DNA of 48,908 nucleotides from Chloroflexota bacterium (GTDB lineage Bacteria; Chloroflexota; Anaerolineae; UBA4142): NCBI GenBank assembly GCA_016223105.1, contig JACRPR010000082.1, positions 22,150 to 71,057 of the forward strand, read 5' to 3'. Shown piece by piece: positions 30,701 to 39,737 of this stretch (position 1 is its first letter; each line of letters starts with the position of its first letter). The notes under the pieces were generated by a model. It saw only the letters and a program-made list of their open reading frames with translations, ran no database searches and was not told where the DNA came from. The position numbers and the translations under genes were made by a program.

Positions 30701-33687
30701 ACGCGACCGAATGGATTACGTTTTACGACGCGAATTATCGGTACGCGCTTCGCCAAGATCAACAGGGCAAGCGAATGATTTTCGCGTATGATGGTTTGGG
30801 TCGCTTGATTCGCGGCACCGATCGCTTGGGCGACGCGATCACGATCACGTATCACAACGCGAGCGGGCGCATCGCGACGATCACGAATCCACGCGGCAAT
30901 GTAACGACGTACACGTACACGGCGCGCAACACGAACCTGTACGATCTCACGCGCGTTGATTATCCGAGTGCGACGTACGAACAGTACACGTACGACGCGA
31001 ACGGCAACGCGCTGACGTATCGCAATCGCGCGGGCAACATCTGGACGTACACCGTGAACGCACGCGGGCAACGGCTCACCGAAACGAATCCGACCGCGGG
31101 CGTAACGACGTTCACGTACAACGCGGACGGTACGCTCGCCGCGCGCGATGATGGCGACACGAGCCCGACGACATTTCAGTACGACGGCTTTCGCCGGCTG
31201 AATCGCGAAAATTTTCCGAACGGCTCGAATCGCCAATTTGTGTACGACAACAATGACAACCTCACGCAGATCACGGACGCGCGCGGATTCATTTACAATT
31301 TCACGTTCGACGCGAACAATGATCTCACGAACGTTGTGCGCGCGTCCGGGACGCCGGTGCAACAGACGCATCAATATCAGTACGACGCGCTCGACCGAAT
31401 GATTCGCTTTATTGACGCGGGCAGTTATCAAACCGATTTTGCGTACACGTTTTGGAACGGCATTTCACGCATCACGTATCCCGGCGGCGCGCAGATGAAC
31501 ATCAATTACGACGCGCGCCAATGGATCAACGGCATCACCGACGAAGCGAGCCAGACCTGGCAACTCGCGCGCAACGACGAAAGCGTGCCGAGCAGTATCA
31601 CGACGCCACAAAATCGCGTGACGCAATTCGCGTCGAACCAGGTCGGCTCGATCACCGGCATCACCGATCCGCTCATCAAGACGGTAACGTTCACGCGCGA
31701 CGCGATGGAAGAGGTTACGCAAGTCACCGATCGCTTGAATCGCGCGCTGACGCTGACGCGCAACGGCGAAGAGCAATTGATGTCGGCAACGCTTCCAATC
31801 ATTGGCACGGCGACATACACGCGCAACGGACTCGGACTCGTTACGCGCATCACCGATCAGCGCGGCAACAATTGGGATTTTGCGTACACCGCGAACGGGC
31901 GGATCAGTCAATCAAAAGACCCGTTGAATCAAACCTGGAATTTCACGTACGACACAACCGGGCGCATCGCGACGGTCGCGTATCCCGGCGGCGTTACCGA
32001 AACGCGCACGTACGATGGCAATGACAATCTCACGCAACGCGCGTTTTCGACCGGGTTGACGCTCGGTTACACATACGATCAACTCAATCGGTTGAGCGCG
32101 ACCGCGAGCGTCGCACTCGGCTTCACGTATGACACGCGCGATCACGTAACGAACACCGCGATGGGCGGCGCGAATTTCGGCGCGACATACGACGCGCGCG
32201 GGCGCATCGCAACGATGACGTACGACGGGCAGATGACGGTAACGTATCAGTACGACGCGCGCAACCTGGTCACGCGCGTCAGCGACAATAAAGCGAATGC
32301 GTGGACCGAATTTTCGTACGACAATGATCGCTTGACCACGCAGATTCGTCGCTCGAACGGCATCACGACCGACCTCACGCGCGATTCGAACGGGCGCATC
32401 ACGAAAATTCAACACGGCGCGAAAGGCGAGATGACGTACACGCTCGACGCGGAGGATCAGATTTTGCAAGTGCTTGAGGATTTGCCGGTGGATGTTGCCG
32501 CGTATCTCGCACCCGAATTGATTGCGTACACCTACAACGCGGCGAATGAAATTTCATCATCGGGATTTGTGTACGATTTGCGCGGACGTCGAACCCAGGA
32601 TCCGTCGCGCGTGTACACCTGGGATGCCGCCGATCGTTTGACGCAAATTGTCAAGGGCGCGGCGACGACAACGTTCGATTACACCGCGCTCGGCGATTGC
32701 GCCAAGCGCACGGTCGGCGGCGTGCTCACCGAATACTTTTTCGCGTACTCGCTTGCGAACAAACCCATCGTCGCGGAAAAACGCGCGGGCGCGTATGTGC
32801 GATTCTATGTGTACACACCCGATGGTCGCTTGCTCTATCTCGTGAACGCGACGAACAATCAACCGGCGTTTTATCATTTCAATCGCGTCGGCACGACCTT
32901 GTTCCTAACCGATGCGAGCGGAAATGTCGCGGACACGTACGGCTACACGCCGTACGGACAAATGGTGAAACACAACGGATCGAACGAGCAACCGTTCACG
33001 TTCGTCGGCGAGTACGGCGTGCGGCAAGAAGGCGACACCGGGATTTATCAGATGCGCGCGCGCTATTACGATCCGCAAACGATTCGTTTTCTCGCGCGCG
33101 ATCCGGTGTGGCCCAATTTGTCCGAGCCGAAATCGCTCAACCCGTACAGTTACGCCGCGCAGAACCCATTGAGTTTCATTGATCCAAGCGGGTTGTACTG
33201 GGTGGACGCGTGGGGAAATCCGATTGGTGGCGGTGACATCCCTGGCTTTGGTCTTGCAGAAAACAGAGACAACGGTACAATGGTGGGCTGGGTAGACGAA
33301 GAAAATGGCGCGGTGAGATGGAAGGTTGTCGAAGGAAAGAGTCTAATTGGTTTGGGAACCGAGATGTTGGTGCGCCGGAATTTGTTCAAAGGGATGTTCG
33401 GGCGCGAGAACGGCAAAAAGGTAGGCGAACAATTGACTGGCGTCAATCAAGATAAACCGTTGGATCCCGTTATGCCGCCCGGCAAAGAGTTCTTTACGCC
33501 GGAGGTCCAACATATCGTGGATGTCGCCACCGCATCTTGTGCGAGCAAATGCGCTACCGCGTTAGCGTCGGAGCAAAACGATTTGAGCGCGCTCGGACAA
33601 AATGCGTGGATTCTGATCGGTTTCGTCGCGGCGATGACGATGCTGTGGATCGGCGCGCGCGTGACGATGAGACGCAAAAAAAGTTGA
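27783..33687 (+). CDS. Large Sec-exported transglutaminase-like / DUF6531 / YD-Rhs protein with C-terminal membrane anchor; split by a frameshift near 29310 into ORFs 27783-29354 and 29200-33687
   Basis: Signal peptide MNTRFLLRVLVALF..VAA; TGase-like YVPTYGS..GNDWDQASLFIALMR; DUF6531 EPVDMLTG..FTRFYNS..LGAGWSHSY; many YD repeats; Rhs core RARYYDP..NPYSYAAQNPLSFIDPSGL; terminal AWILIGFVAAMTMLWIGA-RVTMRRKKS. Confidence 0.88.
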
Positions 33688-33766
33688 ATTGTTGAATAGT
33701 TGGTTAGTCGCATAGTTGTCGCGCGATTGTTCAACGATGCAACGATGCAACTAGAAAACTATTCAA
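33682..33766. repeat. Degenerate inverted 8-mer array (GTTGAAT.. / ..GATGCAAC) between convergent genes
   Basis: Read directly; likely terminator-like. Confidence 0.5.
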
Positions 33767-33784
33767 TGATCCCACTGGAAAAAT

Positions 33785-34213
33785 TTACGAATCCAACGTC
33801 CACGGATTGATGATGGTTACGCCTACATCTTGGAAATCATTTTCGTTCCGCGTAACCAGGGCGAGCCCGCGCGCCAATGCGCTCGCGGCGATCAGCGAAT
33901 CCAGCGCCGACATCGGTTTGCCTTTTGATTCGAGCCGCGCGGCGAGTCTGCCCCATTCGAGGAGAGTTTGAATGTCGAGCGGGAGGATCCGTTCGCTAAA
34001 GCGGACGAGGAGTTGATCGTCAAGCCACGCACGCAGAATTGTTTTGCGGCGCGAGTCCGCAAGTTTTTCGATGCCTTTGCGAATTTCGCCGATCGTGATC
34101 ACGCTCAAGTACAAGCGCGGCTCTTCGATGCGATCTACCCAAGCCACCACGCGCGGATTCGATCGTTTCGCGACCAGTTCGGAAATGACGCAAGTATCGA
34201 GGAGATAGTTCAC
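33785..34213 (-). CDS. vapC: VapC PIN-domain toxin
   Basis: YLLDTCVISE, LSVITIGEIRKG, DSLIAASA, LVTRN..DF. Confidence 0.93.
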   Translation of the reverse strand: MNYLLDTCVISELVAKRSNPRVVAWVDRIEEPRLYLSVITIGEIRKGIEKLADSRRKTILRAWLDDQLLVRFSERILPLDIQTLLEWGRLAARLESKGKPMSALDSLIAASALARGLALVTRNENDFQDVGVTIINPWTLDS

Positions 34214-34470
34214 AGTTTTGGCTCCGGGCGCGCGGGACTGTGATCGCGTTTCAAAACCAGCGCGATGCGGGCGAGCGGCGATTCGCGAAAGAATGTGGCG
34301 ACACTGCGCGTGCGCTGGCGCGCGACGAGTTTGCGGTACTCCGCGTACGAAAGCAGAACGACCACCTCTGCGCCGCGTTTGGTGATGATTTGCGGTCCGC
34401 GCGTGACCGCGTGTTCGACCACTTCGCTAAAGTGATTTTTCGCTTCCTGCAATTGCCAGGTCTGGAACAT
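34210..34470 (-). CDS. Phd/YefM antitoxin
   Basis: WQLQEAKNHFSEVV..GPQIITKRG..VVVLLS; AGGAGG RBS; GTGA overlap with vapC. Confidence 0.92.
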   Translation of the reverse strand: MFQTWQLQEAKNHFSEVVEHAVTRGPQIITKRGAEVVVLLSYAEYRKLVARQRTRSVATFFRESPLARIALVLKRDHSPARPEPKL

Positions 34471-34483
34471 TGCCAACCTCCTG

Positions 34484-34526
34484 TCTAGTCTGGCTAGATT
34501 ATAGAGCGAGCGCGTGCGCGTGTCAA
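34484..34526 (-). promoter_or_regulatory. Consensus sigma70 promoter and operator of the TA operon
   Basis: Minus strand TTGACA-17 nt-TATAAT (34526-34498), followed by the palindrome TCTAG-N5-CTAGA. Confidence 0.85.
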
Positions 34527-34552
34527 CTCGATGGGCGACGGAATATCTGACG

Positions 34553-35191
34553 ATGATGCGTTTGACAATAGAGTTGCGCGGGCTCGCGTTGTATCTGATC
34601 GTCGTGGCAAGCGCGACATTGGCACAGCGCGTGCACGCGGCGTTCCTGCTCGCGTTTATGCTCGCGTGTTTGGTTCTGCCACTGCGCGCCGGCGAAACCA
34701 GGTCGTTATTGCAAACGCTCGCGCCGCGTCGCGCGGGCTGGCTCATCGCGTTGTTGCTCGCGGTTGGATCGTTTATCGGATTGTATGCGACGACATTTAT
34801 CACGGTCAAGCTGTACTGGGGCACATTTCTTTTACAACCGACACTCGAAACGCAGATCGCGTTTGGCGCGCGGCAATTCTTGATCTACATTCCGCTCGCG
34901 TGCGCGGAGGAATTTTTCTTTCGCGGTTTTTTGCAAGAGACGATGTTCGCCGCGCGGTGGGGCAATCGCGGTTGGGGCGCGCTCACGCGCAAAAATCTCG
35001 CGGCAAGTGTGTTGTTCGGACTCGCGCACATTATCAGTCACGCGTCCTGGCTCGAACTGCCGCGCGTGTTGAGCGGCATCATCCTGGGTCGCGTTGTCGA
35101 GCGATCCGCGCGGAGCATTTTGCCCGCGACGTTTTTGCACGCGGCGTCGAACGTCGCGGTCGTGTGGGCGCAGAGTTTGAGGGTGGGGTAA
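34553..35191 (+). CDS. CPBP (Abi/CAAX-like) glutamic intramembrane protease
   Basis: EEFFFRGFLQ, NLAASVLFGLAH, LHAASN; hydrophobic; start uncertain (34514 or 34553). Confidence 0.88.
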   Translation: MMRLTIELRGLALYLIVVASATLAQRVHAAFLLAFMLACLVLPLRAGETRSLLQTLAPRRAGWLIALLLAVGSFIGLYATTFITVKLYWGTFLLQPTLETQIAFGARQFLIYIPLACAEEFFFRGFLQETMFAARWGNRGWGALTRKNLAASVLFGLAHIISHASWLELPRVLSGIILGRVVERSARSILPATFLHAASNVAVVWAQSLRVG

Positions 35192-35200
35192 GGAGGTCGC

Positions 35201-35977
35201 GTGTTCCCGCAGACACTTTTTTCCATCGCCGGTTATAACGTCAATTTCTACATTCTATTTTACATCCTGGGACTCGCGCCCGCGATCATTTTAGGATTGT
35301 GGCTCGCGCGCGCACGCGGCATCCCGTTGATGATCGTGCTGGATGTGTGCGTGCTGGGCGGCATTGGCGCGATTGGCGCGGCATTGGCGTTTTATGTGCT
35401 GACCCAATCGTTCCTGCCCACGTTGCCGAATGTGTGGGGGATTCCGGCAATCGCCGGATTTTTGATCGCGGCGATCATTTACGGCGCGCGGCATCCGCTT
35501 CGCCAAGCGAATGTGCTGGTGCCGTTGGATGTCGCGTTCGCGCCGCTCGCGTTGTACCAAGCGATCACGCGCCTCGGTTGTTTTTGCGCGGGGTGTTGTC
35601 ACGGCAAACCGGTGTGCGGCGAGTGTCAATTTCCCTGGGCGATCACTTTTTCCGATCCGAGTTCGGCGAGCATTTATCAAGGTGTGCCGGTTTATCCGAC
35701 CCAACTTTTTCTCGCGCTCGGCGATGTGCTGATCGCGTTGGCACTGCTCGCGCTTCGCAACAAACCGGAATTTCGCGGCGCGCTGATCTGGGTTTATCTG
35801 ATCGGGTACGGCGCGTTGCGGTTTTTCGTCGAGTTTACGCGCGGTGATGTGCGCGCAATGATCGGCGATTTGTATCTGAGCCAGGTGATCGGTCTCGCGC
35901 TCGCGCTGATCGGCGCGCTGATGCTCGCGCGGCGATTTGTGTTTGGGACGCGCGCGCAACTTGAGGTGAGTTCGTAG
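35201..35977 (+). CDS. Divergent prolipoprotein diacylglyceryl transferase (Lgt)-family protein
   Basis: MFPQTLF, AITRLGCFCAGCCHG, PWAITF, VYPTQL, YGALRFFVEFTRGD, SQVI; AGGAGG RBS 9 nt after the CPBP stop. Confidence 0.85.
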   Translation: MFPQTLFSIAGYNVNFYILFYILGLAPAIILGLWLARARGIPLMIVLDVCVLGGIGAIGAALAFYVLTQSFLPTLPNVWGIPAIAGFLIAAIIYGARHPLRQANVLVPLDVAFAPLALYQAITRLGCFCAGCCHGKPVCGECQFPWAITFSDPSSASIYQGVPVYPTQLFLALGDVLIALALLALRNKPEFRGALIWVYLIGYGALRFFVEFTRGDVRAMIGDLYLSQVIGLALALIGALMLARRFVFGTRAQLEVSS

Positions 35978-35990
35978 AAACCAGGAGAGA

Positions 35991-36358
35991 TTACGATCCG
36001 AGCCAACCTTCAATCTCGACCAAGATTTGATTCAATGTGGGTTGATCGGTAGGAGCCAAACGCTCTTGCGCGCCAAGATGTTTGTGATGGGGATGCGTGG
36101 AAATTTCGGGGTGATGCGGCGCGTTATCGTAACGAAATACGCGCCGCTCATTGCGGAGATTGGTGTACGCGTAATGCACGCGAACTGGGTAGCCCAATTC
36201 AGTGTTGACGACTTCATAAATGTCCAGAAATGAATTATCCCAAAAATAGACTCGGCATCGAACCAAACCATTGAATTGATCGGTTCTTCAACGCGACCCA
36301 AGCGAAGATTTTACCGCAAACTGCGTTCGATACCGGAGAAATAATCGTCAATGTTCAC
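35991..36358 (-). pseudogene. DUF6516/TumE-like toxin with premature stop and frameshift
   Basis: GTG 36358 overlaps the antitoxin stop: MNIDDYFSGIERSLR* (TAA 36313-36311). Then a frame change near 36280-36290 into ..GLVRCRVYFWD..FRYDNAPHH..THPHHKH. Confidence 0.75.
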
Positions 36359-36588
36359 GCGGCAACGAATTCCTTTCGTTGCATAAACTGGCGAATTGGT
36401 AAAGAGGTCAAATACAGATGATACAATCCCGCCCACATCATCAAATCATCTGCATCGCCCAATTCGCCATTTTGAAAACGCCGATAGAACTCGATGGTTG
36501 AATAGCCATAGCGCGTTTCGTATTCCCGCAGTCGGTCTCTCAATTCATCAAAAGAAATGTGTTGTGATTTGAACATCGGGTCAATCAT
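36355..36588 (-). CDS. TumA-like antitoxin
   Basis: L..YE.RYGYST.EFY.RF..GELGD..D.M.WAGLY; AAGGA RBS. Confidence 0.78.
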   Translation of the reverse strand: MIDPMFKSQHISFDELRDRLREYETRYGYSTIEFYRRFQNGELGDADDLMMWAGLYHLYLTSLPIRQFMQRKEFVAA

Positions 36589-36607
36589 CCTTTCTACTTT
36601 CGGTAAG

Positions 36608-36636
36608 ATTATATCACGACGATTTTAGATTGACAA
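36608..36636 (-). promoter_or_regulatory. Promoter of the tumA-tumE-like pair
   Basis: Minus strand TTGTCA-17 nt-TATAAT with TG extension. Confidence 0.7.
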
Positions 36637-36649
36637 TGAGGCAAGGATC

Positions 36650-37801
36650 GTGACATCTATTTCGGTCGAGCCGGTTGAATCGCGCGCGCAGTTGGAAGAA
36701 TTTATTCGCTTTCCCTTTTGGCTCTATCGCGACGATCCCGCGTGGGTGCCGCCGTTATTGCGCGCGCGGCGCAAATTGTTCGAGCCGCGCCACAATCCGT
36801 TTTTCGATCACGCGGAGGTCGCGCTCTTTCTCGCGCGCCGCGCCGGCAAAATCGTCGGCGCGATCTCGGCGCAGATCGATCGGCGGCACAACGAGGCGCA
36901 TAACGCGCGCGTCGGGCATTTCGGATTTTTTGAAACGATTGACGACGCGGCGGTCACGGATCACTTGCTCGCGACCGCGCGCGATTGGGTGCGCGCGCGT
37001 GGAATGACGACCCTGCGCGGTCCGCTCGATTTCACGCGCGAGAATAGTTGCGGCGTTTTGATCGAGACCGACGGCAAACCGCCGAGCGTAATGACGACGC
37101 ACAATCCGCCGTACTATGCCGCGCGGTGCGAACGTTTTGGGTTACACAAGGCGATGGATTCGTTGGCGTACCGTTTAGACCTGACCCAGTTCACGCGCGT
37201 GGATGCGCCGACTGCGCCGTTCGCTCAAATCGCGCAAAGCGCGGCGCAGACGAGTCGCGTGACGATTCGCGCGTCGCGGCGCGCGATTTTTCGTCAAGAT
37301 ATTCTGCGCGCGAAAAATGTTTTTCACGCCGCGTTCGCGCCGAACTGGGATTTTACGCCGTTCACCGACGCCGAATTTGAACGCGCCGCGCATCAATTGG
37401 CGCAGATCGGCGATCCCGCGTTCGCGATCAGCGCGGAGGCGGACGGCGCGTTGATCGGCGTCGCGATGGCAATCCCGGACGCGCATCAAATTCTCAAGCA
37501 GTTGAATGGGCGTTTGTTTCCGTTCGGCTGGCTCAAGGCGATCCAACTCGAACGCGCGCGCGCGATCACCCAACTCCGTTTCTTGATGATCGGCGTGTTG
37601 GAAAATTATCGCCAACAGGGAATCGAACTGCGAATGTTTTTGGAAATTCTCAAAACCGCCGTCGCGAAAAAATATCGCGCGCTCGAATTCGCATGCGTGT
37701 TGGAAAATAACGCGAAAGTAAATTTGATGTTGCAGTACTGGGGCAAGCCGTACGATCTGCGCGTGGTTCGCACGTATCGAATCTATGAAATGGCGATCTA
37801 A
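36650..37801 (+). CDS. YghO / bacterial ceramide synthase (bCerS)-like tandem GNAT acyltransferase
   Basis: FIRFPFWLYRDDPAWVPPL, NPFF.H, FGFFE, LRGP, HNPPYY, NWDFTP, PD....LNGRLFPFGWLK, GVLENYR..GI, LENN. Confidence 0.8.
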   Translation: MTSISVEPVESRAQLEEFIRFPFWLYRDDPAWVPPLLRARRKLFEPRHNPFFDHAEVALFLARRAGKIVGAISAQIDRRHNEAHNARVGHFGFFETIDDAAVTDHLLATARDWVRARGMTTLRGPLDFTRENSCGVLIETDGKPPSVMTTHNPPYYAARCERFGLHKAMDSLAYRLDLTQFTRVDAPTAPFAQIAQSAAQTSRVTIRASRRAIFRQDILRAKNVFHAAFAPNWDFTPFTDAEFERAAHQLAQIGDPAFAISAEADGALIGVAMAIPDAHQILKQLNGRLFPFGWLKAIQLERARAITQLRFLMIGVLENYRQQGIELRMFLEILKTAVAKKYRALEFACVLENNAKVNLMLQYWGKPYDLRVVRTYRIYEMAI

Positions 37802-37832
37802 TCGAACGGATGCCGATTGGCAAAGGGATTGT

Positions 37833-39404
37833 ATGTTGAGTGGATTCAATTTGACGCATTTGATTCCCTGGGCGTTTCGCGTCTGGCGCAATCGCGAGTA
37901 TATCATTTATCGCGACCAGCGTTTGACGCGCGCTCAAGTGTGGGACAATCTAAACGCGCTGTCCGCCGGACTGCAAGCGCTCGGCGCGCGAAAAGGCGAC
38001 CGCATCGCGACGCTGTTGCCCGCGCGCCCCGAAGCGATCTATTCCATTTTTTTGCCGAATCGCATTCGCACGGTCAACGTGCCGCTCAATCCCTTTTGGC
38101 GCGAATCGGAACTGCGCCACGTTCTCGCGGACGCCGGTGCGAAAATCGTGATCACGCAAAAAGAATGGTTTGGACAAGATTATCCGGCGATGCTCGCGCA
38201 CATTTTGCACGAGTTGCCGGCGTTGAAATATGTGATTGTGTGCGATGAGATTTCTCGCTTCGCTCGAAATGACAATAACAATTTTCTGCCGTATGCGCGT
38301 GTGGCGATCCCAGGTCGCGCGCCGCGCGCGATTCCCGCGCGGATGGACGATCTCATCTTGTTGGCGTACACCTCCGGCACGACCGGCAAACCAAAAGGGA
38401 TCGCACATTCTTCGGCGACGATGTGGGGTATGCCACTCACGCAAAACCTGGGACATTTATTTCATAGTCCTCTGCGCTGTTTGTTATTGCCGTTCGCGCC
38501 GTATCAGTACGCCGGAATTTTTGGCGCGGCGGTTACGCTGTTCGCTGGCGGCAAAATCGTTTTGATGGATCGCTTTGAGCCGCGCCGCGCGTTAGAGTTG
38601 ATCGCGCACGAGCGCGCGACCCAGGTCGGACTCTCGCCGACGATGGCGCGCTTGATGTTGAGTGTGCCGGAGCAAACCCGGTTCGATCTTTCGTCCGTGC
38701 AACGGATCACGTTCTCAACCGAACCATGCCCGCGCGATTTAGCCGAAGCATTGCGCGCCCGATTCAATTGTCATTTGCAAAATTTCTACGGCACGACCGA
38801 GAGTATGATGATCGCGTGGACGACGCCGGACGATCCCTGGGAACGCGCGGCGACGACGGTCGGCAAGCCGGTGCCGGGCGCGCGCGTGCGGATCGTGGAT
38901 GACGCGCGGCGCGCTGTGCCACTCGGTCAACCGGGTGAGATCGCGGTGCAGACCAAGCAAATGATGATTGGGTATTACAACGATCCCGCGCTCACCGCGC
39001 AAGTGTTGGATCGCGACGGTTGGTATTACACCGGCGACATCGGCGTGCTCGGCGCGGATGGTTTTTTGCGCGTGGTGGATCGCAAAAAAGATTTGATCAT
39101 TCGCGGCGGACAAAACATTTTTCCGGCGGAGATCGAAGTATACTTGCAAACGCATCCGGCGATTCGGCGCGCCGCGGTGATCGGCGTGCCCGATGCGATC
39201 AGTGGCGAAAGCGTGTGCGCGTACATCGAAACGATCCCCGGCGCGCGACTCACCGCGACGAACGTGCTCGATTTTTGTCGCGGGCAAATCGCGCCGTACA
39301 AAATTCCCGAGCAAGTTTTTTTCGTCGAGCGTTTGCCGGTGACTGGATCGAACAAGGTTGAAAAATATAAATTGCGCGAGTTGGCGCGTACGGCAAATTT
39401 ATAA
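37833..39404 (+). CDS. AMP-dependent acyl-CoA / acyl-ACP synthetase
   Basis: YTSGTTGKPKG, FYGTTE, GYYNDP, WYYTGD, DRKKDLIIRGGQNIFPAEIE, LPVTGSNKV. Start 37833 or 37785. Confidence 0.92.
   Translation: MLSGFNLTHLIPWAFRVWRNREYIIYRDQRLTRAQVWDNLNALSAGLQALGARKGDRIATLLPARPEAIYSIFLPNRIRTVNVPLNPFWRESELRHVLADAGAKIVITQKEWFGQDYPAMLAHILHELPALKYVIVCDEISRFARNDNNNFLPYARVAIPGRAPRAIPARMDDLILLAYTSGTTGKPKGIAHSSATMWGMPLTQNLGHLFHSPLRCLLLPFAPYQYAGIFGAAVTLFAGGKIVLMDRFEPRRALELIAHERATQVGLSPTMARLMLSVPEQTRFDLSSVQRITFSTEPCPRDLAEALRARFNCHLQNFYGTTESMMIAWTTPDDPWERAATTVGKPVPGARVRIVDDARRAVPLGQPGEIAVQTKQMMIGYYNDPALTAQVLDRDGWYYTGDIGVLGADGFLRVVDRKKDLIIRGGQNIFPAEIEVYLQTHPAIRRAAVIGVPDAISGESVCAYIETIPGARLTATNVLDFCRGQIAPYKIPEQVFFVERLPVTGSNKVEKYKLRELARTANL
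38247..38274. repeat. Half palindromic element GAGATTTCTCGCTTCGCTCGAAATGACA, in frame (EISRFARND)
   Basis: Variant of the 6199-6226 arm. Confidence 0.75.
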
Positions 39405-39415
39405 ATTTGCCCAAC
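39388..39415. repeat. REP palindrome GGCAAATTTATAAATTTGCC; supplies the synthetase stop
   Basis: Near-identical copy at 45219-45245; related copies at 39673-39722. Confidence 0.75.
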
Positions 39416-39427
39416 GAGGAGAATTCA

Positions 39428-39676
39428 ATGCCGCGTCTTGAAGCGTTGTCGTTCGAGGAATTTCAAAAATTACTGGCGGAGTTACTGCAGATCGAAATCG
39501 CTCTGCTCAAGCCGGAGGCGTACTTGATCAATGATCTGGGGATTGATTCGATTCGCATCGTGCAAACTTTATTGCGGCTCGAACAGATGGGCTTGCCGCT
39601 CGCGCTCGAACGCGCGTGGGAAATTCAAACCGTCGGCGACGCGTATCGGTACTATCAGGAACAGATAAAATCGTAA
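39428..39676 (+). CDS. Acyl carrier protein
   Basis: DLGIDSI phosphopantetheine Ser motif, IQTVGDAY, acidic 82 aa, GAGGAG RBS. Confidence 0.88.
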   Translation: MPRLEALSFEEFQKLLAELLQIEIALLKPEAYLINDLGIDSIRIVQTLLRLEQMGLPLALERAWEIQTVGDAYRYYQEQIKS

Positions 39677-39737
39677 CGCAAATCTCCGATTTGCGCCAAG
39701 GGCAAATTAGAAATTTGCCCGACCAAAGGAGGAAACT

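Noticed and set aside
33785-34470. Rhs immunity gene
   Set aside because: The downstream genes are on the opposite strand and form a self-contained Phd-VapC pair with their own promoter.
34471-34824. 204-aa version of the antitoxin ORF
   Set aside because: RBS and a consensus promoter define the start at 34470; the extension overlaps the CPBP gene.
36650-39676. NRPS/PKS cluster
   Set aside because: No condensation or ketosynthase domains; the genes fit lipid acyl transfer better.
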